Positions 18,807-27,338 of a DNA stretch of 40,881 nucleotides are shown in pieces. This stretch comes from an uncultured bacterium (GTDB lineage: Bacteria; Zixibacteria; MSB-5A5; JAABVY01; JAHJOQ01). Location: positions 1 to 40,881 of the forward strand of contig CBDUQR010000026.1 in NCBI GenBank assembly GCA_965369655.1, read 5' to 3'. The notes beneath the pieces are model-generated. The model was not told where the DNA came from, made no database searches, and saw only the letters and a list, made by a program, of their open reading frames with translations. Every line of letters starts with the position of its first letter. Positions within the stretch are counted from its first letter, which is position 1. Position numbers and translations under genes: made by a program.

Positions 18807-19667
18807 ATGAAATTCTCAGAGCGCATGGGATATGTCTCACCGAGGACAGAACTACAGATTGAGTCGATGGACAATGACATGCGAGTCGCACTATGGAATT
18901 GTTACTGGGAAAGATTTGAATCCCTTTTCAGGTTTTCTGAATATAATCTTGAATGTTTTAAGTACTCTAGAGGTTTGTGGAAAAACATCCTTATTCAACC
19001 ACTTAATGAAATGCCTGAGGAACCATACAATATAGCAACCTATCTTTCGGATTGGTATTTTGACTGCATGTGGTGGGAGGTTTACGATTTTCTTGAGTTC
19101 TCAGATAATTTCCTTTGTACTTCAGCCTACACCGCTGACGATTTCAGAATCCAGTGTAATGAAGCACTCCAGAAGTATGCTTCTGGATATAGATTTGTGG
19201 GAGAAATCATTGCCCCAATCACGAATGATTCGGAGATTACAAGCATTGAGGAGACACTTGATCTGTCAATCAAATCAGGGCTCGAAGGTGTAAGGAATCA
19301 TATACAGTCAGCTCTTTCAATGCTCTCTGACCGTAAGGAACCTGACTACAGAAATTCGATCAAAGAATCGATCTCGGCAGTCGAGAGCGTTTGTAGGACA
19401 ATCACAGGGAACCCGAAAGCAACTCTCGGAGATGCTATCAAGTTGCTGAAAAAGAAAATTAATATCCACCCTGCACTTGAGAAAGGATTCTCGAGCATCT
19501 ACGGATACGCAAGCGACGGAGATGGCATCAGACACGCAATGACTGAGAAGAACGATTGCGACTTTGAGGATGCCAAATACATGCTGGTTTCATGCTCTGC
19601 TTTTGTGAATTATCTCATAATGAAAGCTCAGAAGGCTGGCATCGACTTATCATCAACGAAGAAGTAG
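18807..19667 (+). CDS. AbiJ N-terminal domain 4 (AbiJ_NTD4)-type protein with HEPN-like C-terminus; putative anti-phage protein
   Basis: MKFSERMGY…LQIESM…LWN, WWEVYDFLEF, PDYRNSIKESISAVE and HPAL…YGYASD..GIRHA motifs; visibly more AT-rich than its neighbours. Confidence 0.75.
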   Translation: MKFSERMGYVSPRTELQIESMDNDMRVALWNCYWERFESLFRFSEYNLECFKYSRGLWKNILIQPLNEMPEEPYNIATYLSDWYFDCMWWEVYDFLEFSDNFLCTSAYTADDFRIQCNEALQKYASGYRFVGEIIAPITNDSEITSIEETLDLSIKSGLEGVRNHIQSALSMLSDRKEPDYRNSIKESISAVESVCRTITGNPKATLGDAIKLLKKKINIHPALEKGFSSIYGYASDGDGIRHAMTEKNDCDFEDAKYMLVSCSAFVNYLIMKAQKAGIDLSSTKK

Positions 19668-19702
19668 AACTGCATTCATACATCGCACATATAAGAAAGG
19701 TT

Positions 19703-19730
19703 CTGGATTCCCGCCTTCGCGGGAATGACG
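19703..19730 (-). repeat. dRS3-like REP, right arm of a perfect 28-bp inverted repeat
   Basis: CTGGATTCCCGCCTTCGCGGGAATGACG. Confidence 0.92.
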
Positions 19731-19847
19731 TGGTCAACTGTCCATCTCAACAAACAACAAAATCGGTTGACGATCTATTCCATAGCTGCTTTCTTTCACC
19801 CCGTAGCCCTGTGGCTCTGATTGAACACTTCAGAACTGGAGCAGGAA

Positions 19848-21071
19848 ATGGGAAATGATTCAATGATAAAACCGGCGAAGAGAACCGAGCATATCGAGTA
19901 TGCCGTAAGAGACATAGTAGTGCTCGCGAAACAGGTCGCCATGACCGGTAAGGAAATGTTGTATCTGAATATCGGCGACCCGAACCAGTTCGATTTCGAG
20001 ACTCCTCCGCACATGGTTGCGGCGATACAGAAGGCTATCGCTGACAACTTCAATGGTTATGCGCCATCGTCCGGCATACCTGAAGCGATCGAATCAATCG
20101 AACGCGAGGCAAAGCGCAAGGGCATAGATAACATTCAGGATATATTCGTCACGACAGGTGCGAGCGAGGCTATCGAAATCTGTCTCACCGCGCTCGCTGA
20201 CGAGGGCGATAATGTCCTGACGCCATCGCCCGGCTATCCGCTCTATCAGGCGGTTCTCGCAAAGTTGCAAGTTATCGAGAATGCGTATTACCTCGATGAG
20301 GATAATGGCTGGCAACCGGATCTCGAAGACATCAGGAGCAAGATCAACGAGCGCACACGCGCGATCGTGCTGATCAATCCGAACAATCCGACAGGGTCGG
20401 TCTGTTCTGAAAATACCATGCGAGGGATTATCGATCTCGCCAGCAAACACAACCTCGTGATCTTCTGCGATGAAATATATGACAAGCTGATTCTCGACGA
20501 CAAGCCACACATCTCGCTCGCCTCGCTCGACAAAAATGTCCCTGTGGTGACATTCAACGGTCTGTCAAAATCATATCTCGGACCGGGTCTGCGCATCGGC
20601 TGGGGAATAGTCAGCGGCGATCACTCGCGGCTGAAAGACTACATCGAAGGCATCAACAAGATTCTGCGCGCGCGGCTCTGCGCAAATCACCCGATTCAAT
20701 ATACGGTCAAACCTGCGCTCGAAGGCGATCAGTCGCATCTGAAAGTGGTGCGTGATAAGCTCGCGAGACGACGCGATATAACGACCGAAATGCTCAACGC
20801 GATTGACGGCATCACATGCGTGCGTCCCGAAGGCGCGTTTTACGCGTTCCCGCGGCTCCACATTGATGGCGATGACAAGCATTTCGTCGCTGAACTAATC
20901 AAGGCGACCGGCGTGGTGGTCGTGCATGGCAGCGGTTTTGGGCAGGTACCCGGAACACAGCATTTCCGAGTCGTATTCCTGCCGACTGAGGATGTGCTGG
21001 AGAAAGCCTACAACAACATCGCAACGTTCTTTGCAGAATACGTGAAGAAGCACTCACAGGTGACGGCGTAG
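19848..21071 (+). CDS. Class I/II PLP aminotransferase (AlaA-like)
   Basis: LNIGDP, INPNNPTG, DEIYDK, FNGLSKSY…GLRIGW, PEGAFYAFP and HFRVVFLP motifs. Confidence 0.9.
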   Translation: MGNDSMIKPAKRTEHIEYAVRDIVVLAKQVAMTGKEMLYLNIGDPNQFDFETPPHMVAAIQKAIADNFNGYAPSSGIPEAIESIEREAKRKGIDNIQDIFVTTGASEAIEICLTALADEGDNVLTPSPGYPLYQAVLAKLQVIENAYYLDEDNGWQPDLEDIRSKINERTRAIVLINPNNPTGSVCSENTMRGIIDLASKHNLVIFCDEIYDKLILDDKPHISLASLDKNVPVVTFNGLSKSYLGPGLRIGWGIVSGDHSRLKDYIEGINKILRARLCANHPIQYTVKPALEGDQSHLKVVRDKLARRRDITTEMLNAIDGITCVRPEGAFYAFPRLHIDGDDKHFVAELIKATGVVVVHGSGFGQVPGTQHFRVVFLPTEDVLEKAYNNIATFFAEYVKKHSQVTA

Positions 21072-21123
21072 GCACAAGATCGCTGCGCATCGCCTCTACC
21101 AAAGCAACAGACATAGGTCAACC

Positions 21124-21250
21124 GTGCCCAGGCAGATGTCCACATCTGCCGATATCAACGCTGGTTGGGGCAGACCCCTCGAAGCTCAGGACTTGCGAGG
21201 ACGTCTGCCGCCCACAATACTTGATACTGAGATCGCCACGTCGCTACGCT
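21124..21250. repeat. REP doublet with a 21-bp insert, followed by a truncated GTCATTGC-family arm
   Basis: GGCAGATG-TCCA-CATCTGCC; GGGGCAGA[21 bp]CGAGGACGTCTGCCGCCCACA; GAGATCGCCACGTCGCT resembles 11287-11303. Confidence 0.8.
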
Positions 21251-21335
21251 GTTATGTAAAAGGTCAAGCCGTTTCCCGACATTTCAATGTTGCGTCGGGT
21301 CTTGGTCGTGCGGTGCGCGAGTGTGACCTGACGCT

Positions 21336-23168
21336 TTAAGCGGATTCTCCGAAGTATGCCTTGATTCGCTCGGCGTCTTTCGTGCCGATTCCGGGGAGCT
21401 TGCAGATTTGCTCGACCGTTACTTCGCGGACTCGTTTCACGCTCTTGAAATGTTTCAGAAGCTTCTTCGCTTTTGTCGGGCCGATGCCTTCGATTTTCTC
21501 GAGTTCTGTCACAACAGTCCGTTTGCTGCGCAGTTTCCTGTGATATTCAATCGCGAACCTGTGCGCTTCATTGCGAAGCGTCTGGAGCAGCCGCAGACTC
21601 GGCGATGATTTGGAGATGAGCAGAGTATCTTTCTTTCCGGGCTGAACGATCTCTTCGAGTCTTTTCGCAAGCCCGATGACATTGGCATCGACATTCAGAT
21701 CGGCCAACGCTTCGAGCGCAGCGGAGAGCTGCCCCTTTCCGCCATCGATAACGAGAAGGTTGGGACCTTCCCTCCCCTCCGTGTTCAGGCGTGAATAGTA
21801 TCGACCAACAACTTCTCTCACCGATGCGAAGTCATCCTGCCCGACGACAGACTTGATCTTGAAATGACGGTATTCGCTCTTCTTCGGTTTGCCGTTCGAG
21901 AAATATACCAGCGATCCGACCTTGTCGGTCCCGCCGAGATTCGATATGTCGATACACGCCATAGTCATCGGCGTCTTTTCGAGTCTCAATTCCTGCTGTA
22001 GTTTCAGCAGTGTTGCAGGTATGCGTTTCTTGTATCCCTGTTTCTGTACGAGAAGTTCATCGAGAACAAGTTTGGCGTTCGACGCCGCCATCCCGACCAG
22101 CTTGAGCTTCTCCCCTCGTTGCGGCACGACCAGTTTCAACTTCTTTCCGAGCCGTTTTGAGAGCCACTTCTCGATCAACTCGCTGTCCTCGATTACGTCC
22201 GAGAGATATATCTCCTCAGGAAGATTGGGCGCGTGCATGTAGTATTGCTTGACAAATGTCTCCGCCAGTTCGCTGCCGGTGGTCTGCGGTTCGCATTTGA
22301 GATAGAAATGCTGTCGTCCGATGAGCATGCCCTCGCGCACCTGCAGCACTACGCATGCCGCATCCGACGCTGCGACTGCAAACGCAATCACATCGCGGTC
22401 GACACATTTCTCTGCCGCAACTTTCTGCTTCTGACGAATGCTCTCGATCGCACGTATCTGATCGCGAACATCCGCCGCAGCCTCGAATTCCATCTGCTCA
22501 GACAGCTCCTGCATCGTATCATTGAGTCTGCCGATCAGTTCCTCTGACTGTCCTGCGAAGTAGAGACAAACGCCCTCGACACGTTTGCGGTAATCCTGTA
22601 CCGTCACGAGGTTCTCGCACGGACCGGGGCACCGTTTGATCCTGTACTCCAGACAGACTTTCTGCTCCTTGCCCTTCGGGTGCGGAATGACAAGATTACA
22701 GGTCCGTATCCTGAAGAGCTTCGTCAGGAATCTGACAGTCTGCCGCATCTTCTTTGCGTTCGTGAACGGTCCAAAATATCTGGCTTTATCTTTCTGAAGC
22801 CGTCGCACAATCAGGATTCGCGGGTATGGTTCGTTTGTCGTGACCTTGACATAGGGAAATCGCTTGTCGTCCTTCAAATTCACATTATAGCGAGGCTTGT
22901 GCTGCTTGATCAGATTGCTTTCGAGAATCATGGCTTCCATCTCGGTGTCGGTCACGAGAACTTCGAAGTCATGAATCTTCGAAACCAGCGCCAGGGTCTT
23001 CGGATCGAACTTATGCCCACGCTGGAAATAGGTCCGCACCCGATTGTTGAGATTCTTAGCCTTGCCGATGTAGATGATCCTGCCCAACCTGTCCTTCATC
23101 AGGTAGACGCCGGGACTCTTCGGTAGGTTTGGAAGCTTATCGACGTACGGCTTGTCTGTCATTTTCAA
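21336..23168 (-). CDS. uvrC: Excinuclease ABC subunit C
   Basis: PGVYLM…IYIGKAKNL..RV GIY-YIG domain, UVR domain, DISN, LLVIDGGKGQL and HhH motifs; start at 23168 or 23162. Confidence 0.97.
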   Translation of the reverse strand: MKMTDKPYVDKLPNLPKSPGVYLMKDRLGRIIYIGKAKNLNNRVRTYFQRGHKFDPKTLALVSKIHDFEVLVTDTEMEAMILESNLIKQHKPRYNVNLKDDKRFPYVKVTTNEPYPRILIVRRLQKDKARYFGPFTNAKKMRQTVRFLTKLFRIRTCNLVIPHPKGKEQKVCLEYRIKRCPGPCENLVTVQDYRKRVEGVCLYFAGQSEELIGRLNDTMQELSEQMEFEAAADVRDQIRAIESIRQKQKVAAEKCVDRDVIAFAVAASDAACVVLQVREGMLIGRQHFYLKCEPQTTGSELAETFVKQYYMHAPNLPEEIYLSDVIEDSELIEKWLSKRLGKKLKLVVPQRGEKLKLVGMAASNAKLVLDELLVQKQGYKKRIPATLLKLQQELRLEKTPMTMACIDISNLGGTDKVGSLVYFSNGKPKKSEYRHFKIKSVVGQDDFASVREVVGRYYSRLNTEGREGPNLLVIDGGKGQLSAALEALADLNVDANVIGLAKRLEEIVQPGKKDTLLISKSSPSLRLLQTLRNEAHRFAIEYHRKLRSKRTVVTELEKIEGIGPTKAKKLLKHFKSVKRVREVTVEQICKLPGIGTKDAERIKAYFGESA

Positions 23169-23857
23169 TCAGACTTGAACGCCAGAGAATATGCGATATA
23201 CGCCGCGAGTGCAAAGAGCACCGTCGGCACCCAGTAGATGAACATCAACATCCATCGCGCCCCACCCGACATGACAAGCATATCATCGAGGAGAGCGGCG
23301 GAGGTCACACCGCATGCGTACATGATGAAGTAGTAGATCAATATCACGATACCGCCGATGAGAACAGCCCTGCGGTAATCGTTCGGAGAGTCTACGAGCT
23401 TATAGGTCATCGCAGTCACGAGAACATAGATAGCAATTGGATGACTGAGTATTGGCAGGCGGCAGTAGTTGAGTATAAGATTGACACTCTTGTTGTCCAT
23501 CAGGTTCGATTCAGGGGGGATCACAACATCGATCTTCACCACGGAGATAACAAACAACGCGGCAGATATCAGAAAGAAGATCGAAGCCGAGCCGAGGTTC
23601 GCCCTGAGCAGACGCCAGAGACCTAAACAGTTGACAGATCGCTGCCGAACCATTGCCAGCCAGAGCGCCCATGTCGAGGCTATGACGGATGAAACGAAAA
23701 GCCAGTCAAACAGAGCCGAACTGTCGGTGACGGCGAATGGAACTGTTACTGAAGGAGCAACATAGTACAATGCCCCAAAGAGAACGAGAACAGCGATGTA
23801 GCTGAATGCAATCAGTCCTTGTCCTCGACTGTCTCCCATGCTGCTCATACTATCCAA
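23165..23857 (-). CDS. Hypothetical multi-pass membrane protein
   Basis: About six hydrophobic segments; overlaps both neighbours in operon fashion. Confidence 0.7.
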   Translation of the reverse strand: MDSMSSMGDSRGQGLIAFSYIAVLVLFGALYYVAPSVTVPFAVTDSSALFDWLFVSSVIASTWALWLAMVRQRSVNCLGLWRLLRANLGSASIFFLISAALFVISVVKIDVVIPPESNLMDNKSVNLILNYCRLPILSHPIAIYVLVTAMTYKLVDSPNDYRRAVLIGGIVILIYYFIMYACGVTSAALLDDMLVMSGGARWMLMFIYWVPTVLFALAAYIAYSLAFKSD

Positions 23858-24368
23858 GCACCCGTCGTGCTCCGACGAACGATTTGCGGTAGTATTCTTC
23901 TTTCATGGATGAGATGACCACGCCGCGACTCTCGGAAGAATGCACGAATTTGTTATCGCCGATGTAAATCCCTACGTGAGATGCATGCTTGCCATTGAGC
24001 GAGAAGAAAACGAGATCGCCGTACATCACATCGCGGTAGCTGATGCGAGGAAGTCCGTTGAACAGTTTCTTCGCATTGGGCGGAAGATGCATGTTATCGT
24101 AGTCGCGATACACAGCATAGACCAGCCCTGAACAATCGATTCCAAGCTTGCCGAATCCGCCGCGCCTGTATGGCGTCCCAATATAGTTTTCGATGATGCT
24201 GCTGAGTCGATCCCTGTTAAGACCGGTCGGCTGGCTCCCGACGCCGTCGTTATCCGGTTGCCCGTAGCCGGTCTCCTCGATAGACGCAGGGCCCGGCGGC
24301 GCGGGCGAATACCTGACACTCGGCTGGCATGCCAGCAACAAAAGAATGAGCAGTGACGTCCACTTCAT
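23850..24368 (-). CDS. NlpC/P60 (C40) peptidoglycan endopeptidase lipoprotein
   Basis: Lipobox LLAC; YIGTPY..GG, GIDCSG, GDLVFF and HVGIY…FVHS motifs. Confidence 0.93.
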   Translation of the reverse strand: MKWTSLLILLLLACQPSVRYSPAPPGPASIEETGYGQPDNDGVGSQPTGLNRDRLSSIIENYIGTPYRRGGFGKLGIDCSGLVYAVYRDYDNMHLPPNAKKLFNGLPRISYRDVMYGDLVFFSLNGKHASHVGIYIGDNKFVHSSESRGVVISSMKEEYYRKSFVGARRVLG

Positions 24369-24441
24369 ACGACTGTCTCCTGATCATGAAATTAAGAGCG
24401 AGGTTCAGACTGCGCAACAAAAAAACTCAGGATGTGTAGTG

Positions 24442-25380
24442 TCACAGGCCGACGGACGGATACTCGATCTCGAATCTCCATCTGTAGTACTGTCTCGCCA
24501 GGACAAAGCCTATTGCGAGAAGCGCTATGTAGGCAGGCAGATAGATACAGGCAAACAGAGATAGTGCAAGGATCGCAATCTTCGTCGAGCGCACGATATC
24601 CTCCATCCGACTTGTCGTCAATGCGCGGATGAAAAACGGCAGCGATACGAGCCCCGCAATTAGATAAGCGTAGTCACCGCTCATCTGGGCGAGAATGACC
24701 GAGAGTACGACCAGAAACACCGATGCCTTCATGGTTGTCCTCGGTCCCCACATGACTCCGTGCGTGATTTTCCCGACAGCCTTATCCCCGTCCCTGTCCG
24801 GCAACGTTGTGTTGAGATAGATCGCGCCGACTCCGAACAGATACGGAAACGACTTGAGCGCGGTTTCGAGCGTGACGGCATCGACAATGGCCCAGCCAAT
24901 CATGAACGGAATCATCCCGTGACCGAAAGCGTTCGACCAATACCCGTGCGATGGTTTTCCCTTGAAATTTGTGATAGGATTTGAGTAGAGCAACCCGAGT
25001 ACGAATATGATCACGAAAAGTATGCCAATCTGCGTACTGAGATAGAACCCGCCTGCAAGTGCGATCGCATTCAGCAGAAATGTGCAGGCGTATGCCGAAG
25101 GAATTGAAATCATTCCCTCGGCGAGATAGAACAGCTTGTTGTTCTGTCGGTCGGACTCGATATCATGAATCTGGTTGAATGTATAGACCGCTCCGTAGAG
25201 ACATGTGGCAAACAGCATCAGCAGCCAGAAATCGGAACCGACGCCGGCGAGTCCGGTCGTCGCCAGTGGGGACGCGCCCTCGCGGACATCAGCCGCGCGC
25301 GCACCAAGAATCAAGATAGTCCAGACGGGTGGAAACAGCACTGGCCGGGTGAAAAATATGTAGTCAAGCGCTTTCTTCAT
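24442..25380 (-). CDS. UbiA-family prenyltransferase
   Basis: FFTRP, NQIHDIESD, YSNP…K and LPDRDGDK..GK.T motifs with many TM helices. Start moved to MKKALDY because the upstream extension is repeat sequence. Confidence 0.88.
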   Translation of the reverse strand: MKKALDYIFFTRPVLFPPVWTILILGARAADVREGASPLATTGLAGVGSDFWLLMLFATCLYGAVYTFNQIHDIESDRQNNKLFYLAEGMISIPSAYACTFLLNAIALAGGFYLSTQIGILFVIIFVLGLLYSNPITNFKGKPSHGYWSNAFGHGMIPFMIGWAIVDAVTLETALKSFPYLFGVGAIYLNTTLPDRDGDKAVGKITHGVMWGPRTTMKASVFLVVLSVILAQMSGDYAYLIAGLVSLPFFIRALTTSRMEDIVRSTKIAILALSLFACIYLPAYIALLAIGFVLARQYYRWRFEIEYPSVGL

Positions 25381-25391
25381 ATCGTGAGATT

Positions 25392-25475
25392 GTAGGTCAA
25401 GCGGTCTGCCCTGTCCTGAGCTTCGCGAAGGGCCGCTTGACATTGTGAGCGACAGATGTCCAAAGGCTGTCCCAC
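25392..25475. repeat. GTAG-type REP doublet with a 23-bp insert
   Basis: GTAGGTCAAGCGG…CCGCTTGACATTGTGA matches 25775-25808 except for an insert at 25410-25432; the right element ends TGTCCCAC. Confidence 0.8.
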
Positions 25476-25510
25476 AAGTTCTGATCGGTTCTGGCAGGAT
25501 GTGTGACTCC

Positions 25511-25606
25511 GTCACTCCCGCGAAGGCCCTTCGCTTTGCTCAGGATACCACGGGAGCCTATTTATCGATAACGCATTCAATAGATTCCCGCCTGCGCGGG
25601 AATGAC
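25511..25606. repeat. dRS3-like REP doublet without cargo gene; left arm carries a 24-bp insert
   Basis: GTCACTCCCGCGAAGG[24 bp]CGGGAGCCTA … TAGATTCCCGCCTGCGCGGGAATGAC. Confidence 0.85.
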
Positions 25607-25774
25607 CTCGCTTTCTTTCGCAAACGTGACCACCAACCTATCAGACCTTTTGTCTCCGCATCTGCCGCCACAGTGACAAATTGCTTAAGCAGATACTGAT
25701 TTATGACGTTGTTGTCAAGGTGAAATGTGGCAAGTGCCGCACAAGTAACTGTTTGACAACTCAAACGGCGATTT

Positions 25775-25825
25775 GTAGGTCAAGCGGCCTGTCCGCTTGA
25801 CATTGTGAACGCCAGAGGTTAGTAT
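25775..25825 (+). promoter_or_regulatory. GTAG-type REP hairpin whose 3' arm supplies the -35 box of a candidate promoter
   Basis: GTAGGTCAAGCGG-CCTGT-CCGCTTGAC; TTGACA 25797-25802, 17 bp, TAGTAT 25820-25825. Confidence 0.55.
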
Positions 25826-25842
25826 CAGTTAGAAAGATCCTG

Positions 25843-26103
25843 ATGATGGACATTAGCGATATTACAATCTCACTCATTGTTGCATTCGGAATCATGGCTG
25901 CGATATTCTTCTTCTGCGGAAGGGCTGTCTGGCGTCACTGGGTCAGGAAGAAATGGATCAGTTCAGAAAGTCAGTTTGTCGGACGCAATGTCTACTCACA
26001 ATTTGTAGATAGTGACAAGAGAAGGGCTATGGAGGAGGTGGCATTCAAAGAGGAGGAGGACCGTGAACAGGATTTCGACGCCGATGGCTACCGGCCACGG
26101 TAG
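25843..26103 (+). CDS. Small hypothetical single-TM protein with acidic tail
   Basis: N-terminal TM helix, basic stretch, acidic C-terminus; promoter candidate upstream. Confidence 0.65.
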   Translation: MMDISDITISLIVAFGIMAAIFFFCGRAVWRHWVRKKWISSESQFVGRNVYSQFVDSDKRRAMEEVAFKEEEDREQDFDADGYRPR

Positions 26104-26116
26104 GACAACAAGAGCA

Positions 26117-27178
26117 TTGTCTCACATCGCTCCCAGTGTTATCATCACGATATTGCTCATCTTTGCATCTTCGATTCAGTCATACGCACAAACAAAGGTT
26201 GGGGAGCCCGCGAAACCTGTAGCACACTTCCTGAGTTCGCCGAGGGCAATGGCGATGGGTGGGTGCGCGGCCAATTTGCCATTCTATCAATCTTGCCTTC
26301 AGAATCCGGCGACTCTGGGAGTCTATCATCTCAACAGGGCGTTCTCAGCATCGCTGTCTCGCAGCGGCGACCGGTACCCATATCCGTTTGATGACTTCAA
26401 ACTCAAATCGGCAACAGTAAGTGTGGGCGCATCCCTTAGCCCTCAGACGAACGACAGACTCAAAGCGTCAGTCGCTGTGGCATACGCAAAACCAACTGTG
26501 GAAGTTGAGTACTATACGACTATTTATGAGCACTATCTCGACCCAAATCGAAAGTCCACGTGGACATATTCCGACGAAACCATCGCTGTTGGCGGGTGCG
26601 TCGAGTACATAGTCAGATTGGGACTCGGCCGCAGGTTTGCCGAACAAAGCGATGCTGCTGGCATATTAGTGGAATTACCCTTGGCGATGGACCTGACATG
26701 GCTGAATCGATCAATTGAATCCGGGAATCCACCCAATCGCCTGGAGATAACTCCATCGCTGGCATACGTTCGACTTGATGATCGACGAGCTGAGACCTAT
26801 GGTTTCTCTCTCTATGGTGGAGTGATCCAGGATATCAACGAACTCGGGTCGTTCAGGTTCAGCTATGAGATTGAGAACCTCCACCCTGATGAAATTGGTA
26901 AGATTGGTGGCGAGATAGGTGTTCTTGGTATGCTCTTCCTGCGCGCTGGATCCTACAATGCTTTTGAAGAGCATCCGGCTCATACAACTCTTGGGGTTGG
27001 ATTCAGCTTGCACGGTCTCCTGACATGGCTGAACAGGTGGGGAGTGATTAACCCATCAAATGATCAACTTGAGAAACTCGTCAAGCATCTCGATATTACT
27101 GTGGATTACTCATGGTACGACAGGAATTCCGATTCATTCGATAACACAAACTTCTTCGGAGTGGGAATATCACTCTGA
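26117..27178 (+). CDS. Hypothetical outer-membrane barrel, PorV/FadL-like
   Basis: Signal peptide (…SYA/Q); SPRAMAMGG…NPA N-terminal motif; LFLRAG…TLGVGF strands; C-terminal FGVGISL. Start uncertain (TTG 26117 chosen). Confidence 0.6.
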   Translation: MSHIAPSVIITILLIFASSIQSYAQTKVGEPAKPVAHFLSSPRAMAMGGCAANLPFYQSCLQNPATLGVYHLNRAFSASLSRSGDRYPYPFDDFKLKSATVSVGASLSPQTNDRLKASVAVAYAKPTVEVEYYTTIYEHYLDPNRKSTWTYSDETIAVGGCVEYIVRLGLGRRFAEQSDAAGILVELPLAMDLTWLNRSIESGNPPNRLEITPSLAYVRLDDRRAETYGFSLYGGVIQDINELGSFRFSYEIENLHPDEIGKIGGEIGVLGMLFLRAGSYNAFEEHPAHTTLGVGFSLHGLLTWLNRWGVINPSNDQLEKLVKHLDITVDYSWYDRNSDSFDNTNFFGVGISL

Positions 27179-27195
27179 GTGGAGATTCAGCGTAC

Positions 27196-27267
27196 GTGGG
27201 CGGCAGACCTCTCGGTCTGCCCCTTCTTGATATTCAAGATGTCCGAACCACAAGAGTTTCGACCTAC
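27196..27267. repeat. GTGG/GTAG-type REP doublet
   Basis: GTGGGCGGCAGACC-TCTC-GGTCTGCC (same family as 17280) and …TTTCGACCTAC (inverse GTAGGTC foot). Confidence 0.75.
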
Positions 27268-27338
27268 TCGACATATACAAACAATAAGCTTAGGTAATCG
27301 CGGTATAGTACTGTGCCACTGCATGTTACATGCGTTTT

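Noticed and set aside
18674-19858. Short ORFs containing VVIPAKAGIQ or LDSRLRGND (18674, 19592; also 25445 and 25558)
   Set aside because: These are translations of the dRS3-like repeat.
25381-25515. 45-aa N-terminal extension of the UbiA ORF
   Set aside because: It runs through repeat DNA; family similarity begins at MKKALDY.
11128-27267. Possible CRISPR array or integron attC array
   Set aside because: The repeats are dispersed inverted doublets without regular spacers; no cas or integrase gene, and no consistent RYYYAAC/GTTRRRY ends.
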